A DNA stretch of 60,512 nt from positions 1 to 60,512 of IMG/VR virus record IMGVR_UViG_3300011335_000429; one strand, given 5' to 3'. Source of the stretch: a virus. Lineage: Duplodnaviria > Caudoviricetes. Position numbers and translations under genes: made by a program. The notes under the pieces were generated by a model. The model was not told the DNA's origin and searched no databases. It was given only the letters and a program-made list of their open reading frames with translations. This document shows, piece by piece, positions 37,188 through 46,128 of the stretch. Numbering within the stretch: the stretch's first letter is position 1; each line of letters starts with the position of its first letter.

Positions 37188-38135
37188 TTAAGCAATCGCC
37201 AGTACGCGATCCATAGCCTTGTCCCACGCCTTGCCTTTCAACGTAGCCCCCTGTCCAAACCATGCACTGTTAAGGCGGGTGTCTGCCCCCCTCCCACGAA
37301 CGTGGTCAGCCATTGCGGTGATGCCATTGACGATGCCCCAGAGCGTAGGCTCCGCACCCTTGCCGCTGGTGTACACCTGCATCAAGTCCTTCAGTATCCG
37401 ATTGCCCTCCGCCTCCGCCACCACTTCCTCGTCGGTCAGTTCGCGCTCAAGCAGCAACTCGGCGTACCAACGTGCAGCCTGTGTCGGAGTCAACTGGATA
37501 CGGTGCATGATGCCAGCGGATTCCTTGAATTTCTCCCACTCATCTTCCATTAATCCGAGGTCGATCTTTATCTTCGTCGCATCAAAGTCGGAGGAGTGAT
37601 ACACCTTGACCGCAGGTTCCCCGCTATTCAGGGCCACTTCCATCGTGTTGTTGCATACCACCCGAGTGGATGTGTGCTTACCTGTAGTTGCCAGCGACCC
37701 GTCATAGGACGTAGCCAGTAGCAGGTACTGCTTGACCACATCGTTCGTCCCAATGGTAAAGGCATTGCCTGACTTAGCCAGCGCCCAGATGCGTTTGCCT
37801 CCTGCCAACGACCCGGCAGTCTCCATCGTGAATCCGTTGTCGCGGATCAGGGTATCGAAAAAGTTAAGGATGTCATCGGGTTGATGCACCTTATATCCCT
37901 TGGCTACGACCGACAGGAGTTTCTTCGTGTCGTTACGGTACAGTGCGAAGCGATCATCGGACACATGAACGACGCCAACATCATCCACGAATACGATGGG
38001 TGTCTTGTTTACCGCATGGGATAACCCCGCTATCGCACGCCACTGGTCAAGGGTTGCGCCCTCCGGCATGACTTCCTCCAACCCATGCCACGATGCCTGT
38101 CCAATCAATGCCATCTTCTCTACTAATGAAGCCAT
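37188..38135 (-). CDS. DUF932/DUF945 family protein
   Basis: WHGL, ETAGSL.GGKRIWALA, YLLLATSYDGS, RVVCNNT and TLWG motifs. Confidence 0.88.
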   Translation of the reverse strand: MASLVEKMALIGQASWHGLEEVMPEGATLDQWRAIAGLSHAVNKTPIVFVDDVGVVHVSDDRFALYRNDTKKLLSVVAKGYKVHQPDDILNFFDTLIRDNGFTMETAGSLAGGKRIWALAKSGNAFTIGTNDVVKQYLLLATSYDGSLATTGKHTSTRVVCNNTMEVALNSGEPAVKVYHSSDFDATKIKIDLGLMEDEWEKFKESAGIMHRIQLTPTQAARWYAELLLERELTDEEVVAEAEGNRILKDLMQVYTSGKGAEPTLWGIVNGITAMADHVRGRGADTRLNSAWFGQGATLKGKAWDKAMDRVLAIA

Positions 38136-38152
38136 GGTAATTTGCTCCTAGG

Positions 38153-38500
38153 TTAATCAACAGATACGGAAAGGGAAATGCTCTCACGCAATGCTTTACG
38201 AACCTTGTCATCAAAGTCGTAGTCGTCAATCGCAGTTTCCATTTTGCTATCGAAGTCGTAATCGTCAATCGCAGTTTCCACAACGCTGGACAAGTCGTAA
38301 TCGTCAATCGCTTTTTCCAATGCAAGGGCAAAGGTTGTGCCCATCGTTATGTGCTCATCCACGATGGTGGTGATTGCATCCTTGATGTCTGCCGAGAAGG
38401 GCGGTGGGGAAACGGAAATAGAAGGGGCGGACGTACCTGCATCCGAAGCAAGCGCATCGTACATCGCACCTGCGGCTAATAGAAAAGCTGCCTTATCCAT
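38153..38500 (-). CDS. Acidic protein with three 13-aa AIDDYD repeats
   Basis: 39-bp repeats at about 38203-38320; start MDKAAF after GGAG. Confidence 0.65.
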   Translation of the reverse strand: MDKAAFLLAAGAMYDALASDAGTSAPSISVSPPPFSADIKDAITTIVDEHITMGTTFALALEKAIDDYDLSSVVETAIDDYDFDSKMETAIDDYDFDDKVRKALRESISLSVSVD

Positions 38501-38531
38501 AATAGTTAATCTCCTAATGAGCAAATTAAAA

Positions 38532-38556
38532 TGGGGCGGGACAACCCCGCCCCCCT
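38532..38556 (-). terminator. Hairpin, possible terminator
   Basis: GGGGCGGG / CCCGCCCC stem followed on the - strand by ATTTTAATTT. Confidence 0.55.
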
Positions 38557-38568
38557 ACTACCTAATGC

Positions 38569-38760
38569 TTAAATCGTGCCGTAAGAGGCGACTGCCGCAT
38601 CCTTGGCGACAACCCGCATCTTGCCGGATTGCGCGTTCACCAGCACCGTCGTACCCGTATCACGAGGCACAACATCACGGGACACATTCACCCGGATGTA
38701 AGTACGACCACCATCTTTCAACTGCAACTTGCTACCGAACGGAACGTTTTTGACGTTCAT
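38569..38760 (-). CDS. Hypothetical protein
   Basis: AGGAG RBS, 63 aa. Confidence 0.65.
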   Translation of the reverse strand: MNVKNVPFGSKLQLKDGGRTYIRVNVSRDVVPRDTGTTVLVNAQSGKMRVVAKDAAVASYGTI

Positions 38761-38804
38761 AATGTACTCCTAATAGATTAAGTGTAGGGTTTAACTTTAC
38801 AACA

Positions 38805-39143
38805 TTACGCTTCGTTTTTAAGTTGGTCAAGTACCTCCTTGTTGATGAATCCGTTACGCATCAGCACCTCTGTCAACAGCGAGGCAGTGGCATCTACTTT
38901 GGCCTCGTCATCGTAGTGGGGTAGGTCGCTGCGTTTCAGGAACTGCATATGGCCCATATAACTGAGCGCATGGAGTATTTCGTGGATAAGTAAGTACAGT
39001 CGCCACGTATCGTCAGTATCCTTGTGGATACTCAGAGTACCTTCCTCCGCATCCATGAACCCGAACAGCATCTGCCCCGTATCGCTGGGTGGGATGCGCC
39101 GTATGCGTACTTTCCACTTGTTGCCCAGTATGTCTAGTTCGAT
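38805..39143 (-). CDS. Small HExxH metallopeptidase-like protein (start uncertain)
   Basis: LIHEILHAL...E; the frame stays open upstream of ATG 39071 to an ATC at 39143 preceded by AGGAGG. Confidence 0.6.
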   Translation of the reverse strand: MELDILGNKWKVRIRRIPPSDTGQMLFGFMDAEEGTLSIHKDTDDTWRLYLLIHEILHALSYMGHMQFLKRSDLPHYDDEAKVDATASLLTEVLMRNGFINKEVLDQLKNEA

Positions 39144-39144
39144 G

Positions 39145-39387
39145 TTACTTCCCTCCTACGAGTTCATATGTACGCACAGCACGTTCATAGTCCACATCAT
39201 TCACCAAACGGTCGCCATTCACACCCTGTTTGGCAAAGGGTTTCAGTGCATTGAGTAGTTTGTGTTCGTTATCAGGTGCCTCCTTCATCTTCACCGTCAT
39301 GGTTTTGATACGCTGCAACTGATCCGGCGAAGGGTTATCAGGCAACGTACTGATTGCTTCAAGCAAACGCTTCAGCATTGAGTTCAT
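39145..39387 (-). CDS. Hypothetical protein
   Basis: GGAGG RBS. Confidence 0.6.
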   Translation of the reverse strand: MNSMLKRLLEAISTLPDNPSPDQLQRIKTMTVKMKEAPDNEHKLLNALKPFAKQGVNGDRLVNDVDYERAVRTYELVGGK

Positions 39388-39395
39388 AGTTCCTC

Positions 39396-40706
39396 CTAGT
39401 TAATCCGCATACCCGATTCCCACATGGCAAGACGCTCTTCCAAACCCCCAATCTCATCGATCAACTGGGCATTGAGAGCACGGGAATTGGTCAGTGCATC
39501 GTCAATTTCCTTGAATTCCTCATCCATAGTCTGTAACTCAAACGCATGTTCTGAAATGACTTCACACAGGTTCTGTATCAGGTCAGCCAATGCACTCGGG
39601 TCGCCCGTCTTGGTCAACTGGAGCACGGCATAGAACGACATCCCATTGACACCATCGTAGTCAATAGGAACATTGCGCCAGTCGGAGTAGTCCGTGGTGT
39701 CCGATGTGTAGGGCAGTTCAGTAATAGGTGTCACCGTTGCCTTTGATTGAAACTGTACCAGTTTGCGCCGCAGTTTCTTCTGCTGCCGCTTGGACATCTT
39801 GGTGAAGGTAGGCTTCGTCGGTGTGTAGTAGTCGTTTGCACCACCGTGTCCATATCCATAGTTGTACTGACGGGTATAGTCCACTTCGTCCTTGTCCCGC
39901 ACCACAGGCAGTACCACATCGCCGCTCTGGAAGATGTCTATCATTGCATCACGCAGGGTACGCAGGTGGGTCACATCCAGAGTCTCATCCTTTGTATGCT
40001 CGCTGTCATACCCTACGCTTACGTTGCAGCATTCGGGAATGATCTTGCGGTAGTTTGCGGTATCGGTGAACGATCCGGTGTCGTCAGGTATGTACTTGAA
40101 CCCACCCGCCCCATTCAGTACCGAGCACAGGCCAATGGCAAACTCCTGCGAACACACCTTGCCGCTGAACATCTCCGTAATCACATCGGAGTCGCCGCGC
40201 CTGTCGAACGCAATAGCCCACTTGAACCGGGCCAGCCACTCCTTGTGATCCTTCGCCATACCTGCTGACCCTATGCCACCACACTCCTCGCCGCGATGGA
40301 AGATGTACGTACCGGGAACCTTGGCATCGATCATCTCCATCAACAACCACATCCCCGCACCATCGTCAGCACCGAGGGGCTGACCGTCTTCCTTGTAGTA
40401 CATATCCAACCCTTCGTCATACAGCGGCACTTGGTGTACATCTTCCTCGTCAAGCGCAGCCTTACCTGCCGCGTCACGGTGTACCGTGTCGATGTGTGAA
40501 CAGAACAGGATCGGCGGCACAACGTTGTTGGCATCAGCTACGTCAAGGACATAGGCAAGCGTGCTTTGCTTGTCCGGTTCCGTGTTGTTAGTCATACGGG
40601 TCAGGGTAAAGTCGCGCTTCAGTACGTTTTGGATGAACCGGAATTCACCCAGTGTCCCGTTGCCGCGACGATACGTAAGGATTTCATGCAGTCGTTCGAG
40701 ATTCAT
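39396..40706 (-). CDS. Zn-dependent peptidase, M28/M20 clan
   Basis: SHIDTVH, GADDGAG, GEECG, AFDRRG, TDT and VGY..EH motifs. Confidence 0.85.
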   Translation of the reverse strand: MNLERLHEILTYRRGNGTLGEFRFIQNVLKRDFTLTRMTNNTEPDKQSTLAYVLDVADANNVVPPILFCSHIDTVHRDAAGKAALDEEDVHQVPLYDEGLDMYYKEDGQPLGADDGAGMWLLMEMIDAKVPGTYIFHRGEECGGIGSAGMAKDHKEWLARFKWAIAFDRRGDSDVITEMFSGKVCSQEFAIGLCSVLNGAGGFKYIPDDTGSFTDTANYRKIIPECCNVSVGYDSEHTKDETLDVTHLRTLRDAMIDIFQSGDVVLPVVRDKDEVDYTRQYNYGYGHGGANDYYTPTKPTFTKMSKRQQKKLRRKLVQFQSKATVTPITELPYTSDTTDYSDWRNVPIDYDGVNGMSFYAVLQLTKTGDPSALADLIQNLCEVISEHAFELQTMDEEFKEIDDALTNSRALNAQLIDEIGGLEERLAMWESGMRIN

Positions 40707-42628
40707 GCAACCTCCATTTCTTTTTGTGTAAGGGCGGCTTCAACGCCCAACGATTCGTCGCCACGGACGAGGTTAGTAAATATGTTATTGCGGATATCCC
40801 TACGGAATGACGAGGGTAAGTCGTCAAGCGAGTACCCGATGGCGGGATTGTGGAGTGGATACAGCAATTGCCAACCCGATAGTCTGCTGCCCGTCACCCG
40901 GAATCTACCGCGATACGCCGGGTCTTGTAGTGCTGAAGGATGAAAACGCAGCGAATTCGACCCCGAATTTTCTTGTGCGCTGATAAACCAACGTTCGGTA
41001 GTGAGTATTTGTGCTTGCGTCAAGCCACACCTTGTCACTTGATCTATGTGTATCACACGCCCATCATCAAGCGTAACTGCCGAGGACGGATTCGTGTATT
41101 CGTACCCATCGTATGGCACAGTCAGCCGCACTGCCCTATCGGTAGACACATACCCACCATATATTTCAGTCATGTCGTCAATGGAGACATAGTCACCAGT
41201 CTCAGCGCATTGGGCAATGTTGAAGTGTTCAATGTGATCTTGGTGGTAGTACTCACCATCCATCTCGACTGTGTAGTCTTCATGGACAAGTGCCATACGA
41301 TTGCGACCATTAACATGAACGTGCGCTGACGTAAAGGACTCGCAGCAACTATTGCAGATGTTCTCGCCACCATATACCCGCGTCAACTCATCGCATCCAT
41401 CACTGCATGAATCGCAGCAGTACTCGTGCTCGTCCTCGTCATCATTGGACACGGGTACCGAGTCCTCGTCGCATACGTAGTTGATCGTACCCTTTTGGTT
41501 GTACGCCTCGTAGGTATCGAACCCCGCATCCGTTGTGGTCATCCAGTATTCCCCGGCGTCGATGATGTTCAGCGACCCGCCGCCCGACTGCGTACCCTTG
41601 TCCACGTAGGACATGATGTGCCGACCGCTATTTTTCTCATCCGGTATCTTGCGAAGGCGCAGTCCCGACAGTGCATACGACCGCTGTTCATACCCCTCAA
41701 CAACCAGTGCGCGGCTCAACTTGTCCTGATCGCCATAGATACGCGCTGCTTTCTTGGTGCTCTTATTGCAGATGCAGCGTGCCGTAATGTGTGACTCATC
41801 CCGTGGGTCGGTGATATAGGCCACCGTGAAATCCCCTGTTGCGTACACCGCTGCCGGATGGATGTGTCCCCTGTACCACGCGTTCTTCTCGTCATGAAAT
41901 CCCTTCGTCATGCACGATTCGCTCGGCCCGTGATTAATGGCATGGATAATCTCAGCCTCGGTATTGGCCCACCTGATCTTGACCGGGGAATTCACCGCTA
42001 CATGGGTAGCAGCCATCTGGTTGATCTGCTCTGCCGACAATACCCCACTGAAATACTTGGTGAGATAGCGTCCCGGTTTGGTACGGGTTTCGCGCTTCAG
42101 CAGCATCTTCTCCACGCTCTCGTAGTACGCCACCTGTGTCGGATCGACCGTGCTGGTATGCAGGCAATGGAACAGGAAGTGAGGGGAATTCTGGAAGAAG
42201 GTGTCGTGATGCCAGTGAACCTGTTTCCACGTGCCGTTATCGTACTCCCCTTGTGCATCGGTCAGTGCATTACGCAGCTTGGCTGGCAGCACATCTATAA
42301 TGGAGAGGGCATCGTCGTACTGGAAGCACGGCAGGACGTGGGCATTGGTAAACAGGTAAAACAGGTCATCCCACGCCTTGCGGTGGACGTGTTGTGCCAC
42401 CGTCTTACCGAATACTTTACGCATCTTAATGCGCTCTGCAATGACGCTGCGGTCGGTGTTGTCGAACGTCCACTTGCCCACGGTGCTGTACAGCACCTTC
42501 ATCGTAGTACCCTGACTCATCCGTATGCTCAACTTCGTGTTCTTGAATTCGTAGAAGGAACGGGTATGGGTGTACGTTCCCCCTCTCCGGTAATAACTAC
42601 GGTGTGCCAGCACTGCGATGGTTGCCAT
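40703..42628 (-). CDS. Large early protein with Cys/acidic Zn-ribbon-like repeats
   Basis: KPGRYL, SCM, RIYG, YVD and several CxxC motifs; coupled to the peptidase. Confidence 0.65.
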   Translation of the reverse strand: MATIAVLAHRSYYRRGGTYTHTRSFYEFKNTKLSIRMSQGTTMKVLYSTVGKWTFDNTDRSVIAERIKMRKVFGKTVAQHVHRKAWDDLFYLFTNAHVLPCFQYDDALSIIDVLPAKLRNALTDAQGEYDNGTWKQVHWHHDTFFQNSPHFLFHCLHTSTVDPTQVAYYESVEKMLLKRETRTKPGRYLTKYFSGVLSAEQINQMAATHVAVNSPVKIRWANTEAEIIHAINHGPSESCMTKGFHDEKNAWYRGHIHPAAVYATGDFTVAYITDPRDESHITARCICNKSTKKAARIYGDQDKLSRALVVEGYEQRSYALSGLRLRKIPDEKNSGRHIMSYVDKGTQSGGGSLNIIDAGEYWMTTTDAGFDTYEAYNQKGTINYVCDEDSVPVSNDDEDEHEYCCDSCSDGCDELTRVYGGENICNSCCESFTSAHVHVNGRNRMALVHEDYTVEMDGEYYHQDHIEHFNIAQCAETGDYVSIDDMTEIYGGYVSTDRAVRLTVPYDGYEYTNPSSAVTLDDGRVIHIDQVTRCGLTQAQILTTERWFISAQENSGSNSLRFHPSALQDPAYRGRFRVTGSRLSGWQLLYPLHNPAIGYSLDDLPSSFRRDIRNNIFTNLVRGDESLGVEAALTQKEMEVA

Positions 42629-42630
42629 GA

Positions 42631-42786
42631 TTACTTCGCTCCTTTGGTCGCGTTGATCTTGGTGCGTTGCTTTACAGCACGCAGGTTGTTGGCATCAAGG
42701 TACGCGAGTTTCTGAGCGGCAGTCTTGTCCTGCCACGCCTTGTTCCTCGCATCCGCTTCAGCACGTTTCATCGCTTTCAGTTTCAT
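42631..42786 (-). CDS. Small basic protein (not in ORF track)
   Basis: MKLKAMKRAEADARNKAWQDKTAAQKLAYLD... Confidence 0.55.
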   Translation of the reverse strand: MKLKAMKRAEADARNKAWQDKTAAQKLAYLDANNLRAVKQRTKINATKGAK

Positions 42787-42800
42787 ATGCATATACTCGC

Positions 42801-43097
42801 TTACGCGAGTATCTCCTTCTCGTTGTTGTAATAGGCTTTCCAGCCGGGTGTTTTCCTATCCCCTCGGTTAATAAACTGAAGGTTTCTAACGTTGATAACC
42901 CACGTATTGCTGTTGGAGCGGTCACGTCCAATGGTGCTGCGTTCGTTGAGGTCATCTGCCAACACGTAGACGCTTTGTGTATTAGTCGGGCCACACATTC
43001 CTGTGATGACGCCAGTGCAGCCAATGGAGAACACTTCTATCCCGCGCATTCCTGCGTCCTCAGAGACATACATCACCTTGTCCCCAACATTAAACAT
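42801..43097 (-). CDS. SH3/KOW-like hypothetical protein
   Basis: FNVGDKV...GCTGVI; GGAGG RBS. Confidence 0.6.
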   Translation of the reverse strand: MFNVGDKVMYVSEDAGMRGIEVFSIGCTGVITGMCGPTNTQSVYVLADDLNERSTIGRDRSNSNTWVINVRNLQFINRGDRKTPGWKAYYNNEKEILA

Positions 43098-43341
43098 GGT
43101 TCACCTCCTGTTCTTGCAAGACATAGGCTTTCCAACCATCCGTTCGCCTGTCACGCTTGCCGATCATCTGGAATCGATGTGCGTAGTACCTTGCATCGTT
43201 GGGGTTCGTCTTGGAATCCAGATGCACTTCGACCATGTCAACGTCTACTATAAGAGTAATCATCCCCGTAGCATGGAGTGGCAGGTCGGACTTGGGATCA
43301 ACGACGATCACCCTGTCCCCCACTCTCAGTTTAGTGGTCAT
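43090..43341 (-). CDS. SH3/KOW-like hypothetical protein, probable paralogue of the neighbour
   Basis: LRVGDRV...ATGMI; shared DRxTxGWKAY tail. Confidence 0.6.
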   Translation of the reverse strand: MTTKLRVGDRVIVVDPKSDLPLHATGMITLIVDVDMVEVHLDSKTNPNDARYYAHRFQMIGKRDRRTDGWKAYVLQEQEVNHV

Positions 43342-43443
43342 CTCACACTCCCAAAGAGAACATCAGAATCACGAAGCCCCACACCACAATCAATGTGAAG
43401 TTAGTCAGCATTACTACGTGTATAAACCTCATCTCACCCCTCC

Positions 43444-43719
43444 TTACCAGTCGCATTGCAAAAACACGGTGACACCGCGCATTTGCATGAACAAGAATAA
43501 AAGAAACGCCTCGTCAAAAGAAAGCAGATGCGCTTCCGTGATCCGGTAGACCAATTCCTCAGTCATCGGCACGGCAACATTGTTGGGTGCAAACTTCACA
43601 AAACCCCACGCGCTACGGGCATAGTAGAGTTCAATAAACCTATCCTTATCTGCCGCGCTGTACGTCTTTTGCGCTGGATCGGCGTCTTTTATTGCAAAAA
43701 TGTGTACGTCTAGTCCCAT
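43444..43719 (-). CDS. Hypothetical protein (MGLD...Y.R...W family)
   Basis: MGLDVHIF start, ELYYAR, C-terminal CDW. Confidence 0.6.
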   Translation of the reverse strand: MGLDVHIFAIKDADPAQKTYSAADKDRFIELYYARSAWGFVKFAPNNVAVPMTEELVYRITEAHLLSFDEAFLLFLFMQMRGVTVFLQCDW

Positions 43720-43721
43720 GA

Positions 43722-44009
43722 TTAGTCCTTTGTCCACTGCTGGTACACGCCAGCCTCGTAGTCTTTGAAACGCGGATCGGTAAACTCATCCTCTGCCGAC
43801 CACTGATCCAGCGGGGCAATATTGGCCTGTTGCACCAACAACCACGCGTGGGCCGTATCCTCGTTTGCAAAGAATGCCGATATGACGCTGTGAGGGTGAC
43901 CCTCCCAGAAGCCAGTAATTTCGGCTTGCCAAAACACCATGCTGGCTGCGGCAATTTCAGCTTCCGTTTCTTTCCGCAGTCGGTTCACCATTTCATCAAA
44001 CTCTTCCAT
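43722..44009 (-). CDS. Hypothetical acidic protein
   Basis: GGAGGT RBS. Confidence 0.6.
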   Translation of the reverse strand: MEEFDEMVNRLRKETEAEIAAASMVFWQAEITGFWEGHPHSVISAFFANEDTAHAWLLVQQANIAPLDQWSAEDEFTDPRFKDYEAGVYQQWTKD

Positions 44010-44029
44010 GCTCTACCTCCACTGTTAAG

Positions 44030-44648
44030 TTTCATCGGCTTTGCAATGGGTACAGACGTGACAAAACACCACGTCAGTGGTGTCCGTGATTTATACCCAT
44101 TGGAAAACCCGCCTCGGTTTAGGTGCGCCCCATTGCTGGTGGCTCCCAACAGCACCATGCCTTGCTTAATGCCTTGGCGGATAACCTTGCAGCCCATCAA
44201 CCACCGCCTGTTTAAGGTCAGCCACCGCATGTGGGACAGTAAGCACGAACGAGGAAAAGCACTCGGCGTGGCCTGTAGCCAGTCGGACTAGGTCGAAGTC
44301 GATATATCTCCAGTAGTATCTGCCGTGTCAACTACAAGCCTTACAGCACAACGTATGGATGGGGGTGTTGTCTACCAGAGGGATGTTTACCGATAATCTC
44401 AGGGAACCGAGTCTGTCCAATTCCGTGGTATCGCTAAGTGGTGTGCCGCCAGCCTCGCAGCTTTCATTCGGACACCTGTTGATGAGTATCAACCTCTAAT
44501 GGCAATCCTGCCAACCCTGCCGTGCCGCAGACCAGTAATGATGGAATCGGAGGAGAATTGTACGTACAAGCGATTTGCTTCGATACACCAGCCGGGTTCG
44601 AGCCAACTGTTCTGTATTCGCTTGCCGTGGTCGAAGCCGCTCGACCGG
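44030..44648 (-). ncRNA. Candidate large structured non-coding RNA / leader
   Basis: No credible CDS; sigma70-type promoter directly upstream; many helices with G-U pairs and GNRA loops on the - strand. Confidence 0.55.
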
Positions 44649-44653
44649 AAAAC

Positions 44654-44682
44654 ATCCTCTCACAAAGCCGAAAACTTGTCAA
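44654..44682 (-). promoter_or_regulatory. Sigma70-type promoter TTGACA-17-GAGGAT
   Basis: Perfect -35 at 44682-44677, TG before the -10, IHF consensus at 44693-44705. Confidence 0.6.
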
Positions 44683-44705
44683 GTTTTTGCCGCAAGTCGT
44701 TGATT

Positions 44706-45059
44706 TCACAGCGTTTTTTGCTGTCGGCGTTGTCGCTTTTGCCTCGCTTTTTTGCGGTCAGCAATTAGCTTCAACTCGTACTGCGCCTGTGCCATCCTCT
44801 TTTTCTTTAATTCCACCCGTTCGTAAATGGGCATGGGGGTATTAATTAAACGCTGCGCCTCACGCCTGACTTTACTCAGACGTAGTGTGGGTTTAATAAA
44901 ATCGGCAATTAATTCCTCACGTAACTTATCCTTGTGCGTCTGGATATAATTGTTTTTCAGGGCAAGCATCGTGTAGCCATGTATTTCTGGCGGCTTTTCG
45001 CGTTTATTTTTATTCTTTTTCGCGTGTAATGCCAGTTGGGATAATTCTTTTGGCGTCAT
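44706..45059 (-). CDS. Highly basic hypothetical protein
   Basis: AAGGA RBS; own promoter. Confidence 0.6.
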   Translation of the reverse strand: MTPKELSQLALHAKKNKNKREKPPEIHGYTMLALKNNYIQTHKDKLREELIADFIKPTLRLSKVRREAQRLINTPMPIYERVELKKKRMAQAQYELKLIADRKKARQKRQRRQQKTL

Positions 45060-45091
45060 TTTTAATTCCTTCTCGCTTTTTTAATGGTGCG

Positions 45092-45120
45092 AATGTAGCG
45101 TGTTTTGGCATTAAAGTCAA
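45092..45120 (-). promoter_or_regulatory. Sigma70-type promoter TTGACT-17-TACATT
   Basis: Consensus match upstream of the 45059 start. Confidence 0.6.
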
Positions 45121-45700
45121 TTAAAATGATTTTCCTCAGAATGTGGGATATGTCAAGTGCTTGAATATAAAGGGATTGTACGACTTACATCCGTATCCTT
45201 CGGGGAAAGACCCCCGCGAAATATTCCAACTACCCAAAATAAATTTCTATACGCGAGGGTCTATATTTTTTAAGAAAAGGATGTATATATATATATATCT
45301 TTAAGAATCAATTAGTTAGTTGCATCCGCACCCTCATTGGTATCCCCTTTGGTATCCCTTGGCTAAATCCCTCCGCGGATTGTCTATTCCCCGTTTCCCT
45401 TATGGTTCAATGACTTAGTGTTTGAAAATCGTTTAATTTTGACGACCTAAAACGCGGATAGTGTTGTAAGTCATTGATTATACAGTGATGTGTACGCAGT
45501 GTAAAACGGGCCTCCATAGGAGAGAGGTAATTAAATTAAATGGCTAGGCGTAGTACAACACGGATATTAAATGGCGAAAAGGCGCTGGCCTCCGGCGAAT
45601 GGGTTTTTATTTAATTAAATTAATTAACTGGTACTTCCCTCCGCGTAAATGAAGTGCGTGCCTCCGAATCATGAGTGCCGGTCTTAAAAAATAGGCAAAA
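45121..45700. other. AT-rich non-coding region with IHF consensus sites, (AT)n run and short direct repeats; candidate origin or packaging site
   Basis: WATCAANNNNTTR matches at 45306-45318 (+) and 45467-45479 (-); near matches at 45154 and 45405; TGGTATCCC twice. Confidence 0.55.
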
Positions 45701-45733
45701 AAATTGCGCCACCCCATTACAGGGTGGCGCAAT
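45697..45733 (-). terminator. Rho-independent terminator of the first early operon
   Basis: ATTGCGCCACCC stem on the - strand followed by a T run. Confidence 0.75.
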
Positions 45734-45737
45734 GAAA

Positions 45738-45887
45738 CTAGAACAGTGGGGCAATTTCGCCATTAAGATAGGCATCCCAGTCGCGCTCGTATTGCATTTC
45801 TGCCGCCCTTTCAATCCAAGAAAGGTATTCCATTTCTCCCGGTGGAAGTACTGCAGCGCGGTACAGCAAAGCGATAAGTAATTTCAA
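45738..45887 (-). CDS. 49-aa early protein (not in ORF track)
   Basis: TTG start; MKLLIALLYRAAVLPPGEMEYLSWIERAAEMQYERDWDAYLNGEIAPLF; ends at the terminator. Confidence 0.45.
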   Translation of the reverse strand: MKLLIALLYRAAVLPPGEMEYLSWIERAAEMQYERDWDAYLNGEIAPLF

Positions 45888-45945
45888 TTTAATTTTCCGT
45901 AAGTGTAAGACTGCACCACGCCTTACGGGACGTGGTGCAGTTAAA

Positions 45946-46128
45946 TCAGTGAACGTGCCGCGCCATTGTTACGGCGCGCAAAAGGCGTGAAAACCTGCGA
46001 CGACTGGAAACTGTCGCAGTAGCCAGTGGCTTATACATCACCACCGCAGTGTGTTTCGGAGCCGCTTTCGCGGCTTTTCTTTCGGACAGGCGCATTGCGC
46101 CCTTTCCGTTTCGTTTGATTTTAATCAT
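45946..46128 (-). CDS. Small basic early protein
   Basis: GAGG RBS; flanked by hairpins. Confidence 0.55.
   Translation of the reverse strand: MIKIKRNGKGAMRLSERKAAKAAPKHTAVVMYKPLATATVSSRRRFSRLLRAVTMARHVH

Noticed and set aside
44589-44610. GGTTCGA as a tRNA T-loop
   Set aside because: No matching T-stem or cloverleaf.
43985-44845. Short ORFs listed across the candidate ncRNA
   Set aside because: No convincing RBS or protein-like features; the 44464-44709 ORF would start upstream of the promoter.
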